The translations under genes were made by a program, and so were the position numbers. 64,000 bases of DNA from Tubiluchus corallicola (taxonomy: Eukaryota > Animalia > Priapulida): positions 356,532-420,531 of the forward strand of contig JAQGDQ010000187.1 of assembly GCA_030141605.1 (NCBI GenBank), written 5' to 3'. Shown here one piece after another: positions 1-12,200 of this stretch (position 1 is its first letter; each line of letters opens with the position of its first letter). The notes under the pieces were generated by a model, which saw only the letters and a list, made by a program, of their open reading frames with translations, searched no databases and had not been told where the DNA came from.

Positions 1-236
1 AATGAGCTTTAAAACTTTCTTTGAATTGACTCAGTAAGACCTGTTCACAATAATAAGACATGCAAAGACATTGGTCAATTGTAACGCTTGGAAACAAGAT
101 ACTGAAGTCTGGAATCATTTTCTTCCCCTGTTTGATCAGTTCATTCGAAAACCCGCCTTTTCATGCTTACTTGTGTTTGCATGTTTGCATAAAATAAAAA
201 CATGTTTGGGTGATTTTTAATGACTGTAATCCACAG

Positions 237-3200
237 AAGACCGATCTGAAGAGTTTGGTAGAAATGGCAATAGGTGACTTTCAGCGTGAAGTAGCTGACT
301 CTGTTAAGGTAAGCAAAGCAGCGTTGCCTAGCTGAGATGATTTTTTTATCTGCTGTCTCTGTGATTATATACTAATGTGCACTTTCAGGTATTGCAAAGT
401 CAAACCTTGTTTTTTTACAAACTTGGTGAGATAGAGGTGCTTAAATGCCTTTATATATGAGTACAGATTGATATGGCTGGTATTTGATGCAAGTTGTTAT
501 ATACTAAAAGCTAACGAGTTTTTCTTCAATTAGTCAGAAAGGTAAAATCCTCGCTCTTATGCCATTGTAGAGTTTTGGCTTGCAGGATTTCAGATTGATA
601 AAAAAGTCAGTAATCTGTCACCTGGTATTTTTCAGATGATTTATAGCATGATTTCAGATGGTTTAAGCAGTCGATGGAAGTTTAAACCAAGTGATTTACT
701 TTTTACAGGCATTGCATGCTGTTGACGTGAGCACTTTTATCAAATTCCTTCCACCGATACTGAACCAAGTATTTCGTATATTGACCAGCACGGCCAGCGA
801 TGATGTTGCACAGAACGCAGTTAGATTACTGATTCATATTGTACATGTGATACATGTAGCTGGTAAACCCGACATCCTTAATTCTTATGTGAAGGTATGG
901 ATGATAACTTTGAATATTAAATATTGCATTAATGCATGATAATTTCTAACATTTTGTTTACATTTTTAATGCTTGCAGGCATAAAGCAAGAATTGACAGA
1001 TTCATAGTGCCTGATTGTAAGAATGTCCCTGATTTTTCATTTTCTATCTTTCGTTTTTATTTAGCAATAAATAAACACCTAGCCTAATATAATCTGCTTT
1101 AATGTAGTTATGAAGCCAAATCTGCCCAAGTTCTGAGTTACTGTGAAACATACCTGTCTTGTAAGACACGCTTTGACAGATTCATAGTGCCTGATTGTAA
1201 GAATGTGCCTGATTTTTCGTTTTATATCTTTCGTTTTTATTTAGCAATTTGCTGTTAAATGTTTTGGGTTATATAAGAACAGAATATCACTTTTTATTCT
1301 TTGACAAACAGTACTGTCAAATAGTGGGTTGCTTCACTGTTTTAGCATGTATTTGTGACCACTCCTGAGAGCAACAACAAGAAGACAGTGCACGAAGAAT
1401 TGGCAAAGAATCTTTCATCAACCCTCCGACCTGCCAATGCTGATTTGATATTGATCAATAATTTGCTAGGTCATTCGTGGTTCTTTTTTGAAATAATAAT
1501 CAAGAGCATGGCACAGCATCTAATCGACACAGAGAAGATAAAGGTGTGCAGTAGTTATGTAACAGGGTTGTGTAACCTTTGCTGCATTATTATTTTAATT
1601 GATGATGCTATGTACTGTATTTGTCATGTTAAATTTAAAAATGATCAATTCATAATACAGAAAATGTGAAAGTTTCACTGAGCTTGAAATCAAACCTGAA
1701 ACCTTTGCGGCACACAATCATTACTATTTTACTACTGGTTTGGCAAGTCTAGATTCACTCTTAGTGGTACAATAACTAGTAACTAAAGCAACTTCATATT
1801 TAGAGTAGCTATTAAGTTGAATTCTGTTGATAATTCATTTCTCGATAAGTGATAACGATCTTATAAACTGATAATTTGTGATAAATGCCACAAAAGCTTT
1901 ATGTTCTTAATTATGTTTTGTTTTTTATTAGTGTATCGGGTAAAGACAGGCATAAATTGATGTGCACTGCAGTGCATCGCTATACAATATTTTGACAGTG
2001 TTGCAAGGTGTTTATGTGATCTCAACTTCGAAATTGATTTTAAAATATTTATTCCGGGTGTAATGTAAATTTTGTGTACACTTTGTTGTTTGATAAATTA
2101 ATATTCAGTTCATTGCTGTGCAAGCTGGGGCTTCAGCCTTCAAAGGCAGAGTCTACTGCTAATTTTGATTAGTTTTGGCAGGCTGGAACTAATTCCTGGT
2201 CATAGATATTTTCTAAGAAGAGGCATTAAGTTGACGTTGATTCACAGGCACATTCGGATCAACCCCTACTTTATGTAATTACTTGAAAGGTAATTACTCA
2301 GTTAGCAGGTGAAACTACCCAGAAGTAATTTCCTGGTACCCCCATGGCTTGGTGCTGCTCAGCTTCGATTGCTCAGTATACATAATTACATAGTGACTTC
2401 TTAACTGTATTTAAGTTCTATCTCCATATCTTTTAACTTTTAGTTTCCTCGCAATGAGCGGTTTCCTTCGGACTTCCAATTTCGTGTTCAAACACTGGTA
2501 CAAGCACTGGTGCAGCACATCATGCAAAAGTACAAGGACAACTTACTGGAAATTAGAAGTGCCAATATCAACCTGGCCAATTTTGTTAAAGTATGTCTGT
2601 TCATATGATTCTTTTACCATTTTTATAATTCATGGCTCATTACTTGCTACACTTTAGCCAATGTTATCAGTTTACGTAGAATGTGGTTCTGTCATGGTTT
2701 TTATGTGTTTTGTGTGTTCATTTCTGTCATCTTTTACAGCGTTGCTTCACATTTATGGATCGAGGTTTCGTCATGAAATTGATCAATTTGTACATGGATA
2801 AAGTCAACCCTTCAGGGTCGAAGGTTAAAAGATCTTTATTCTTATTCTTATATGATCATGTTTTTGATTTAAGAAAACAACAGTAAATCCTACTATTTTT
2901 CTTTTCTTCACTTTGCAATTGCTGTTTTTAGTGTTTTTGTTATTTGCAGTATTTTTGGTCTTTCTGTTTCTGTTTGCTAAACTTTTGACAGTCATATTTC
3001 TTAAATATTGCTAAAGGTATTTGCATACACTTAATCATTCGTCTGAAAGTAAGTCACACATTGCTGTAGAAAATTACTTTTCTGAAAGAACTAACTATTA
3101 CAATTATTGTCACTTTCTAAAAGAACTTTTATTAATACATAACTTTAATGAATTCTGGTGAAAATTCAGTACACTCTCGTCACTCTAGAAATGTAATTAA

Positions 3201-6200
3201 CTGCTGCTAAAAGCTTGTTTTGGAAAGAAAATTTGTTTTGGTTACTTGCTTCAATCATTTTTCGTTACTGACTTACTTACCGTTGCTTTTCCTGGACATT
3301 TTTTTACACGACTAGACCTGCTTACTTATGTTGTTTTTCATATTTTAGATGCTGTTTGAGTACAAGTTTGAGTTCTTGCGCATAGTCTGTAACCATGAAC
3401 ATTATGTAGCACTCAATTTGCCGTTAGTCCGACCAACTGCTATTAAGAACATTAAAGGTAATTGCATCTTACTGACTAGAATTGTTTTTACGAAATATTG
3501 ATTAAAAATTTATTTAATGTAATGACAAAAGATGCCAGGTGTTTGAAAGGTAACATTTGGGTTTTGAGTAAATTGTTGATGGCTTGCTAATAAATATTTT
3601 GTGTACAGGTGACACATGAGAACAGGGCTAATTATATGTGTTTTAATTGGGGAACAAATCACATTTAAAATGAAATTCCCTTTTTAGTAAACAACCGTAT
3701 TAAGAAATTATAATAATATTGTAAATTTTTCCTAGCTGATTTGGAAATAATGGAAAAGCTGGCAGGTATGTGTATGCACGACAAGGTTGTTTAGTTTGGT
3801 TTATTTTGGTTAGTGCACTACACCCCTTTCATAATTATTAGCTGTATGGTATTTAGCTGGTCTGGTCTGCTGTAACATTTTGTTCTTAACAAAAGAATAA
3901 AACTAGTTCTTTGGGCTTTACATAATATTTTATCCATTATTTTAACCTATGGTCTTGTGCAATTTACTGCCTGTTGGGAAGCATGGATTATCACACATCA
4001 TGATTGTCGTATTAAAAATTTCTATAATTGTCATTAATTGGTGCCAAAATGTAACAAACAAATTTAGAGATCTTAAAAAAGTCTGAGCCTAATATATTAG
4101 CTAATTACATCTTGCATGATCCTTATGCTAATTTAATTAAGATTTTATTTTCACAGAAATTGTTCTAAGATGCCTTTTATACTATACCCCTGCACTTCAT
4201 TAAAATAAATTTAAATTTAATTTTTATATTTTCACTCTCAGTCAGTTAGTTTGTATCATTTAGTTTTTGTATTACTTTACATTCAACTTCATTGGCGTAT
4301 ATTTATTTATAATATACAAAATTACAATATGCTATGCTAGTTTTTTAGTAGATTTGTAGACCATGAATTCCAAAAATGAACTTTTGCCTGCAAATGTTAG
4401 ACTTGTAATTATTATACATTGCAGAATATTACTTTGAGTTTTTTCTCACGGACGAGTTCCGAACGAAACATTTTCTTTCTGGGCTGCTGCTGATAGAAGT
4501 TAAGTTTGCCTTGAAAGAATACAGGGAAATTCGTAAGATGGCCATTGCTACGATTTGCAATCTCTTTGCCAAGCATGCATTTGATGACAGATATTCCAGT
4601 CGAGTAAGTCTTCTTCGAGATCTAAAACCACAAAAAATCTAAAAAGTGATTGTGTTTTGTTTTGTTTTCACGTTTGAAATGTTTCTGATCTGTTAACTTA
4701 TTACTGTTGATTTTTTGTGCCTTTGCTGCTCACATTCATTTATATATATATATTGTGATATGTATGTATATATATTTGTAAGAACTAAAGTCTTGTTTTA
4801 AAGACTAATGTGCTTAACCAAATACTTATATGGCCTTCAAAAACATAATTCGAACCATATAAAATTATTGCCTATGTTTTTTAATTTCAGCGCCAGCAAT
4901 CAAAAATAGTGTCACTGTATTTGCCATTTTTGGGCATATTGTTGGAAAATGTGAACAGGTTGACCGTCAGCCAGTTACAACGGCAAGATTCAACAGCAAC
5001 GACAACATCACGAATGAGCATGGTTAGCATAACATCTTTGCCAAATGGAGATGCTAGTAGTCTGAGTGATTTGTCACGGTTACCACCTACTCCTACCAGG
5101 TAATTGTTTTGCATCCACATTTTCAATTGAGATAATGTATCTACAGTTAAAGATGGCACTAGTCACTGAACTTTTCATGAAAGCTGAAACCAATTGCTTA
5201 ACCAACAGAATTAATATCGTAAAATTAGAAAAGTATTCTTTAAATAATATTTAGTTGAAACTGTTAATTGTAACTCTGTCGCAAAACTATAATTGAATAC
5301 CCTTCTAATAAACTGTTTTGTCTTGTATACTTTGTCAGAGTAGTGTTCTTGTCAAGGCATTCGTTCAGAGAGTTTGGTTCACTTAACATTGGTTAACAAT
5401 GTTGCAGTCTGCAGGTATTGTTAATGGCGTATTGTTTCTAGGAACTCAATTGCTTCAGAAGCAAAAGAGAAATCGGCTTCATTACTAAGAGAGCCTCTAA
5501 ACCTGACTCTTATTGCAGATGGTAAGTGTTTTCTAAAATATTTTTCTGTGATATGAGTAAATTATGAAACAAAGGTGAACTTTGAACATATCACTGTGAA
5601 CATTGGCAAAATTTTATTCCTTTTTTCGTATTATATTTTGCACATACTTGCATTATTACTACATCTAGTAATATGTTTTTCAGTTCTGACTTTGAAAGGA
5701 ATGTGTTGTGTCAAATTACTTTTATTATTTTTTAAGATCTGATTTAAATACACAAAGTTTTCCCTGGATGTTTCTTTTGAAGTTGACAGCATTTTTCCAA
5801 ACACGTCTTTTGTGAATACAAGTAGTTGTCAGCTTATGACAGCTATCGATTCTGCCGAATTAGTCGTAAAATGATTCGGACGCAAGTCGGACCCGTATGT
5901 TCAAGCGGTACACTCCTACACAAGCTATAGTGTGTGTGTGTGTGCCTGCGTGCGTGCGTGTGTGGTGTGTGTGTGTGCGTGTGTTTTGTGTGTGTGCTCG
6001 CCTGTACGTGCATGTGTGGTGTGGTGTGTGTGTGTGTGCGCGTGAGTGCGTGCGTGCGTGTGTGTGTTTGTGTATGTACACTGCCTATGGAATGAATTTT
6101 TCGAAACAGAGCAATTTAAAATTAATTCGCCTAAAAAATAGAAAGAAATATGAGTTATAATTTGTTTTGCATAGTAAATTAATTATGTTCAGGCCGTAAA

Positions 6201-9200
6201 GTCGAGTAGTGGTAAGTTGCATAGGTCATAAGTCAATGACTGCCTGTAAATTGAATGCATTATACTGCAACAACTGCATTGTGTTTTGACTGGCCAAGCC
6301 TAAATGGCAAATGTGTGGTAAGAATAGGTCTATATTTCGTTTTTGTAATTGCAATTATAATACTTACTTGTCAAAAAAAAATTATACTTTTTTGTGGAAA
6401 ATGAGTTTTGTCTTTTTTGACTGTAATTTGCCATTAATTTCGTGTTGTATTATTATAAACAACGCAATACGACTGCTTAAACTTGCCTTCAAATTTCCGA
6501 TGACAAACTGAGTGCTGAAATGGCATTGTGGCGCTAATATTTTTACAGTTTTTTTCAAACGGGTTGTGTTTGTAAGAAATTTTGACTGTCATTATTGGAA
6601 TACATGTCATCTACGCTTTATTGCATATTTATAAAATTGTAATATATGTGAATTTGTAACTTTAGTAAACTGTGCTGTTGTATTTGCAGGAAGTGTGGTC
6701 AGCAATGCTGTTCCTGCTGTCACTAGAAGTGACTCTGACAGCAGTGGCAGCAGTACTGCTACACTGCAGGATGGTGAAGGTGAAGGATCAGAAAACAGAT
6801 CTCATTCAAGGTAAGTCGATGAACCACATATGCTACGTTGTTTTAGCAAGAAATGTAGATTTGACGACATTATTTATGTTGCTTTAGGATATAACAATTA
6901 CACTAGTTTTTTAGGTATTATGAATATTTCGTCCATTATTCACGATGCTTTTGAAAGCTAGTGTTATTAGTATTATCATCAATGCTAAGTCCCCATACAC
7001 AAAAAATTAGTTTATGAAGTGGATTAAGGTTAGAGCTAGGGATAGGGTTAGGGTTAGCGTATTTAAATTGTGTGGGAAATTGTAAACTCTCCTGAATTTA
7101 AAACAGGATAGATTTTTGAGAAAATATTTCTGCAAATAATTATACTTGGATGTCATTTACTATAAAGCTACCAGTTTGAACAATTTTTTTGCTGCTTTTC
7201 CTTTGTCTTTATCAATAACACAGTTTTTTTTGGAATGGCTCGTTAAGTTTATTAACATGCTAATTGCTCATGTCCATGGGCATTAATGCCCACTACTAAT
7301 GGAGCGATGGGGCATTAGTGGCCATTAATGCCCTGTCATTCTCATTTACGACTGCAGTTGTTTAAATAAGACCTGCTTTCTGAACATTAATATGCAGAGA
7401 ATACCTTTTGTCTTGGTAGTAATTTATATTAGAATATTGAATAACTATGAGAAAGTTTAGCGATGGCAATGTCTCCAGGATATTTTTTAAGATACTGTTA
7501 CAGTAACTACTCATTACAGCAAATATATGTTTTTAATTTGTAGTGAGGTAAATAATATTGTAGTACACATTTAAGTCATTCCATATTTGCCATGTCAATG
7601 ATTGTAAATAAGTTAGTGGTTGTATTACTGACAGTTGTGATCTTACTCATTTCTTTCCTGCAGTTGTTTGTTACTGTTTAACTGTTTTCTTTGGTTTTTT
7701 GTAGATCACAGTCTGTGCAGCCATCGTCGGCACATGTTATTCGATATGATAAACTTGACAGAGATGAGCAGCGGGATCTGCTCATTTGCTTTCTGTACAT
7801 CTTAGAGAACATAAGTGCAGGTGATTATTTATGTGTACTAAATTGTATGAAATTAGTCTTATGTTGAGATTGCAGATTGCATTTTTAATTGTAGCTAAAT
7901 GCAGTGAATTAAAAACAAAATGGTAGAACTTTTTTATTGGTATACAAAATACGAAAGTTATGTTTTATATATTCTTGTTAAAGTTTTACTAGGTTGTATG
8001 TCGTAATTTATTTTGGAAATTAGCACAGTGCAAAATGCCGACGAGATATTAATTTATGTAAATTTTCTCTAATAACTGCAGATGCGTTTAACGTCATTTT
8101 TTATTTTTACTAATTCTTTGTTTTCGTACACTTTATAGTTACTTGTCATTTTCTTTTTGAATGCGTGACAGTGCCAAGTTAATACTCTGATTCTTATTGA
8201 AATGATTCATCTACTTGTCTGACACAAAAATTTTTAGGTTTGTGCTGTGCATGTGACATGATGTTTATGGCCAACAAAATAATTCCATGTATAATTTATA
8301 AGCAAGACTTTTGACTTGTTGGAAGTTCTATTAAAGACAAAGCAAAATTTTATTTCATGATTACTTGTTCAGGTTCATAATAGTAATGGCAGGTCAACAT
8401 TGGGCTTCAATTTCTTCTTAAAGTCCTTTTAACCTGTATGTATAAGAGCATTGGTATGTTTCAAAAGATTCATGTGTATTATGATCTATAGTGTTTAACT
8501 TTTCTTTCAGAGTTACTGCTTGGATGGTGGCAAAATTGTTCTGATTCAGAACTATTGGATTTCTTTCGTGTGCTGGAACTGTCATTGTTGAATTTCAGAT
8601 ATTTAGGAAAGAAGAAATTGCACATGCAACAGTATGTACTGTTTATAATTTAATCGACTGTTTTTATTATTAAATAAATATTTTGAATTTTGGCAAGTTA
8701 CATTGACTGTTATGCTATTAGTGTAAGCCATTAAAATTGTGTTATGTTATTATTTGTAGGGCATTTTCAGTTATTAGTGGACAAAAGAAAAGTCAAACCC
8801 TACCAAACAGAAAAACGGCACCTTTACCACCCATTCGTACTGTTAGTACTTACAGTGACAAACCTGGTGTCGGTACGTCATATTTGGTTATTTATTAGCT
8901 TGAGATTTGCTAAACTACAAAGAAATTTTGTTCAAGTTTTAAGAGAACTATTTGTTTAAACATAGATTAACTGTGAGTATTTTGCAGCATAGTAATGTTT
9001 AGCTGCAAATGTAAGTTTTATGTCAATTTGCAAAACTTAAGTCATATTATTCTATTAGCTGCTTCAGCTGTAAGCATGTATATTGATGTATTGATTTGTT
9101 TTTGATTTCTTTTTAAATCTTACCTATTTTCAGTACCAATCTCTGACGAGGTAGACACTTACACATCCTCACTGGCAGCTAATATGTGCACAGAAGTAGG

Positions 9201-12200
9201 CCTTATTATCTTAGATACCGTTGCTCTTTTTACCTCACAGTTTAAGGTAACTAAAATTATGTATTGTTACGTTGATGTACGATAGAAAATGTGGTGACTG
9301 AAATTAATTTTGGACTAGATGCATTATACAAAAAGAAAATTTTATTTTGGCATCTCCTAAAATCATTGGAATGTGTGATAAAAATGAAAAACCCTTACCC
9401 ACTGCGTTAACCAGAAATACAGATGGGCCTATAGTTCTTGTCTTTTGGAAAAGGCTGTTTTTTATTTTGTGTGTTGCTTCATTTCCCATACAGACGCACT
9501 TTCAACTCATAGGTTTTTTTCTATGGATGTTTAGTTGTTAAAACAAAAGAAATTGAATTAAATTAAGCTTTTTTGCTTGAAAGATAAGTGGTTTTATTCT
9601 ACTTAGTACTTTTATTCTAAAAAATTTATGCACTGTGTAACATAATGCGACTGTTGTATGCGAATATTCCAGAATCAACTCCAGTTTCAGTCTGGTGATA
9701 ATACATTGATGCGCAGAGTTTTCGACATCTACATGCTGTACTTACAGACTGGGCAGTCGGAAAAACTCTTAAAGCACGTTTTTGCGGCCTTGCGATGTTT
9801 TGTGAATAAGGTTAGTAGTAATTTGTCATTTTGACGAAACATATTCTAGAAAGTACAAAAACTGTGATAATAATTGTCATCAATAACAACAAAAAATTTT
9901 AGTTTTTGCTCTGTTGATGTCAAATGTGCTGTGTTTAAATTTTATTGTTCATCTTTTTACTGTTCTAACCTGTAGTTCATTTTTGTTCTTGGTACTATTA
10001 GAAAATTAAAAGTGGCCTACTATTTTGCATTGACAATTTTTTTTGCTTTTGCTTACAGTAGGGCATCACAGCATCTGGGATATGTTCAGAGAATGGCTGT
10101 AGTAATTTTAAAGTGATTTTGCAGCAAAATTTTTTGGTTTCGTCAGTGGGTTTGAAATTCAAGCAGTCAAACAAATTAAATTTGCAATTTTTATCTTAAC
10201 GCTAATGTCATTTTAGCTTCGAATATTTTTTATCCATTTAATATTTACTAATCTAATATTTAGCTAGCTAATTCTTTGTCTTTTGTATAAATTTTTATTT
10301 TATTTGTCTTGTAGTAGTATTTTTGAATAGAGATTTTTAAATTTTTTTGCTGGCTGTGATACTTGTTATTTACTGAAATAACTATGAAATAAATAAATAA
10401 AATAAAAACTTTCAATTTGATTTTGGCTTTTCCAGAAAGGACAAAATCAAATTGAAAGTTTTTTGCCCTTTACAAGGTACAATATGTATAAAAATAATAA
10501 TAATGTGAATGGATGTAATGGTTACATTGGAGCAAGACCCTCATTATTTATTAGCCACCCATAATTAAAGTCATAAATGTGAGATACTTCGGTTGATTAC
10601 AAAAATTGCTTAGTAACTTATACCATAAAAAGTTTATCAACTTACTCTACTTTATCAACTCTATCAATCTAATCTACTTTTTAATTACTCCACAAAGGCC
10701 CAATTCATGTTTCTTTCAGTGTAGTGTCATCTAGTGTTTTGTGGCAGTTATTGTTTAGCTGGTGAAGGTCTATACATACTGCTTTGTCAGCAGTAGTAAA
10801 ACATTTAAAACTGTCATTTGCTTTTATACTGTTTTGTTGTTTCTTTATTTTTAAAACTTTTAGACAATATTCTTCATTGAACCAAATTTCAAAACTGCAG
10901 GAATTTAGAAAAAACGTTAAGAGAAATTTGTTAGAGAGAAATGGAAACTAGTTATGAGATGAAACAAGAATAAATCAGTTGCGTGAGTTTTGTATCTCTT
11001 GCAAAAATAGTCTTGTGCTTACCATGCCAACAAAAAGATGAACTTTTATTAAAACATCTATGTAAGCTTATTATTTCTCTATGCAGTAACACTTGTCTTA
11101 TTGCCATAGTAAAGATAAATTTTCTGATGATTAAGTGTTCTCTATCATTTTTATGCTGTGCTACAAATAATGATGCGTGTGTCATTTACTAAGATAAGTT
11201 ACACTGTTACAGTGTCATGGCCTGGAGTGCATTTGCTAAGAAAGTTTAATAACTGCTGAGCTAAACTTTACAAAAAAGGGGCACTACACTATGTCTTCCA
11301 GTTTTTATGAATGGTCCACTGTCTTTATCTCAGAGAGGACAAAACCACTCATTGCAATTTCATGGTTGAATGCAGATAATAATGGCCATGTTGACTGAAT
11401 GTCTGCTCTTTACCTGTGCATTGTGAGAGTGATAGTCTAAGAAGGATTATGCTATCTCTTTACCTTTTTTTGTAGTATACCATATCATTGTTTGAAGGCT
11501 CAGCCTTATTATGTGGATCTCTAATTTATGAGGTATGGGACAATTTGTTACTTTGTTTGAATTTTTGCACTTTATTATTTTTGTCTTCTTTAATTATTAT
11601 GATGTATTTTGCTTTCTTTGTTTTCATTTTTTGGCTTATGCTTATATTTACAGTAGAATAACGAATAACAATACTAATAATTTATATTGCATTTACGTTT
11701 GTAAGCATAGCTAATTAAGCAAAATAAAAGTAAAAAACTTCATTGTTTTAATGTTCTTAACCATGCATCATTAACCATTATATATTTTATATTGTCATAT
11801 AGAGATCACCTTTTATACTAGTGTAAGTTTTTCCTTTTTTGTCCATAAATTCATAATTCTTCCTTAGGTCTATCAAAATTATACACACGTTTCATGTAGT
11901 ATTGTAGTGTCATTGACTTCTGGTTTAGCTGGTGGCATTCGAGCATAACCTGTCTAGTGAGTAGCTGAATGGTGTACACTAACTGAATTGCTATAATCAC
12001 ATAATTACAACATAAACATTGGAGAATAAGGAGAATTTGTGCTTTATTTACATTTGTGCTTGCATGTACTTTTTACTTCAAACAGAAAGTTTAAAAGTAA
12101 GTCAGGTATGTAGTTAGAATACTTTTTGCTTAAATCATTTTCCAAATTTGTTAAACTTGAATGGCATGAGGATAAACGAGAACAAGAGTTTAGGAAAGTA

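Noticed and set aside
5408-5414. Possible 7-nt microexon cag|tctgcag|gt
   Set aside because: Frameshifting, and it would leave a 27-nt intron.
5860-6160. His/Thr- and Cys/Val-rich ORFs (likewise the Ser/Leu ORFs at 36202-36574, 44420-44611 and 45853-46173)
   Set aside because: Translations of microsatellites.
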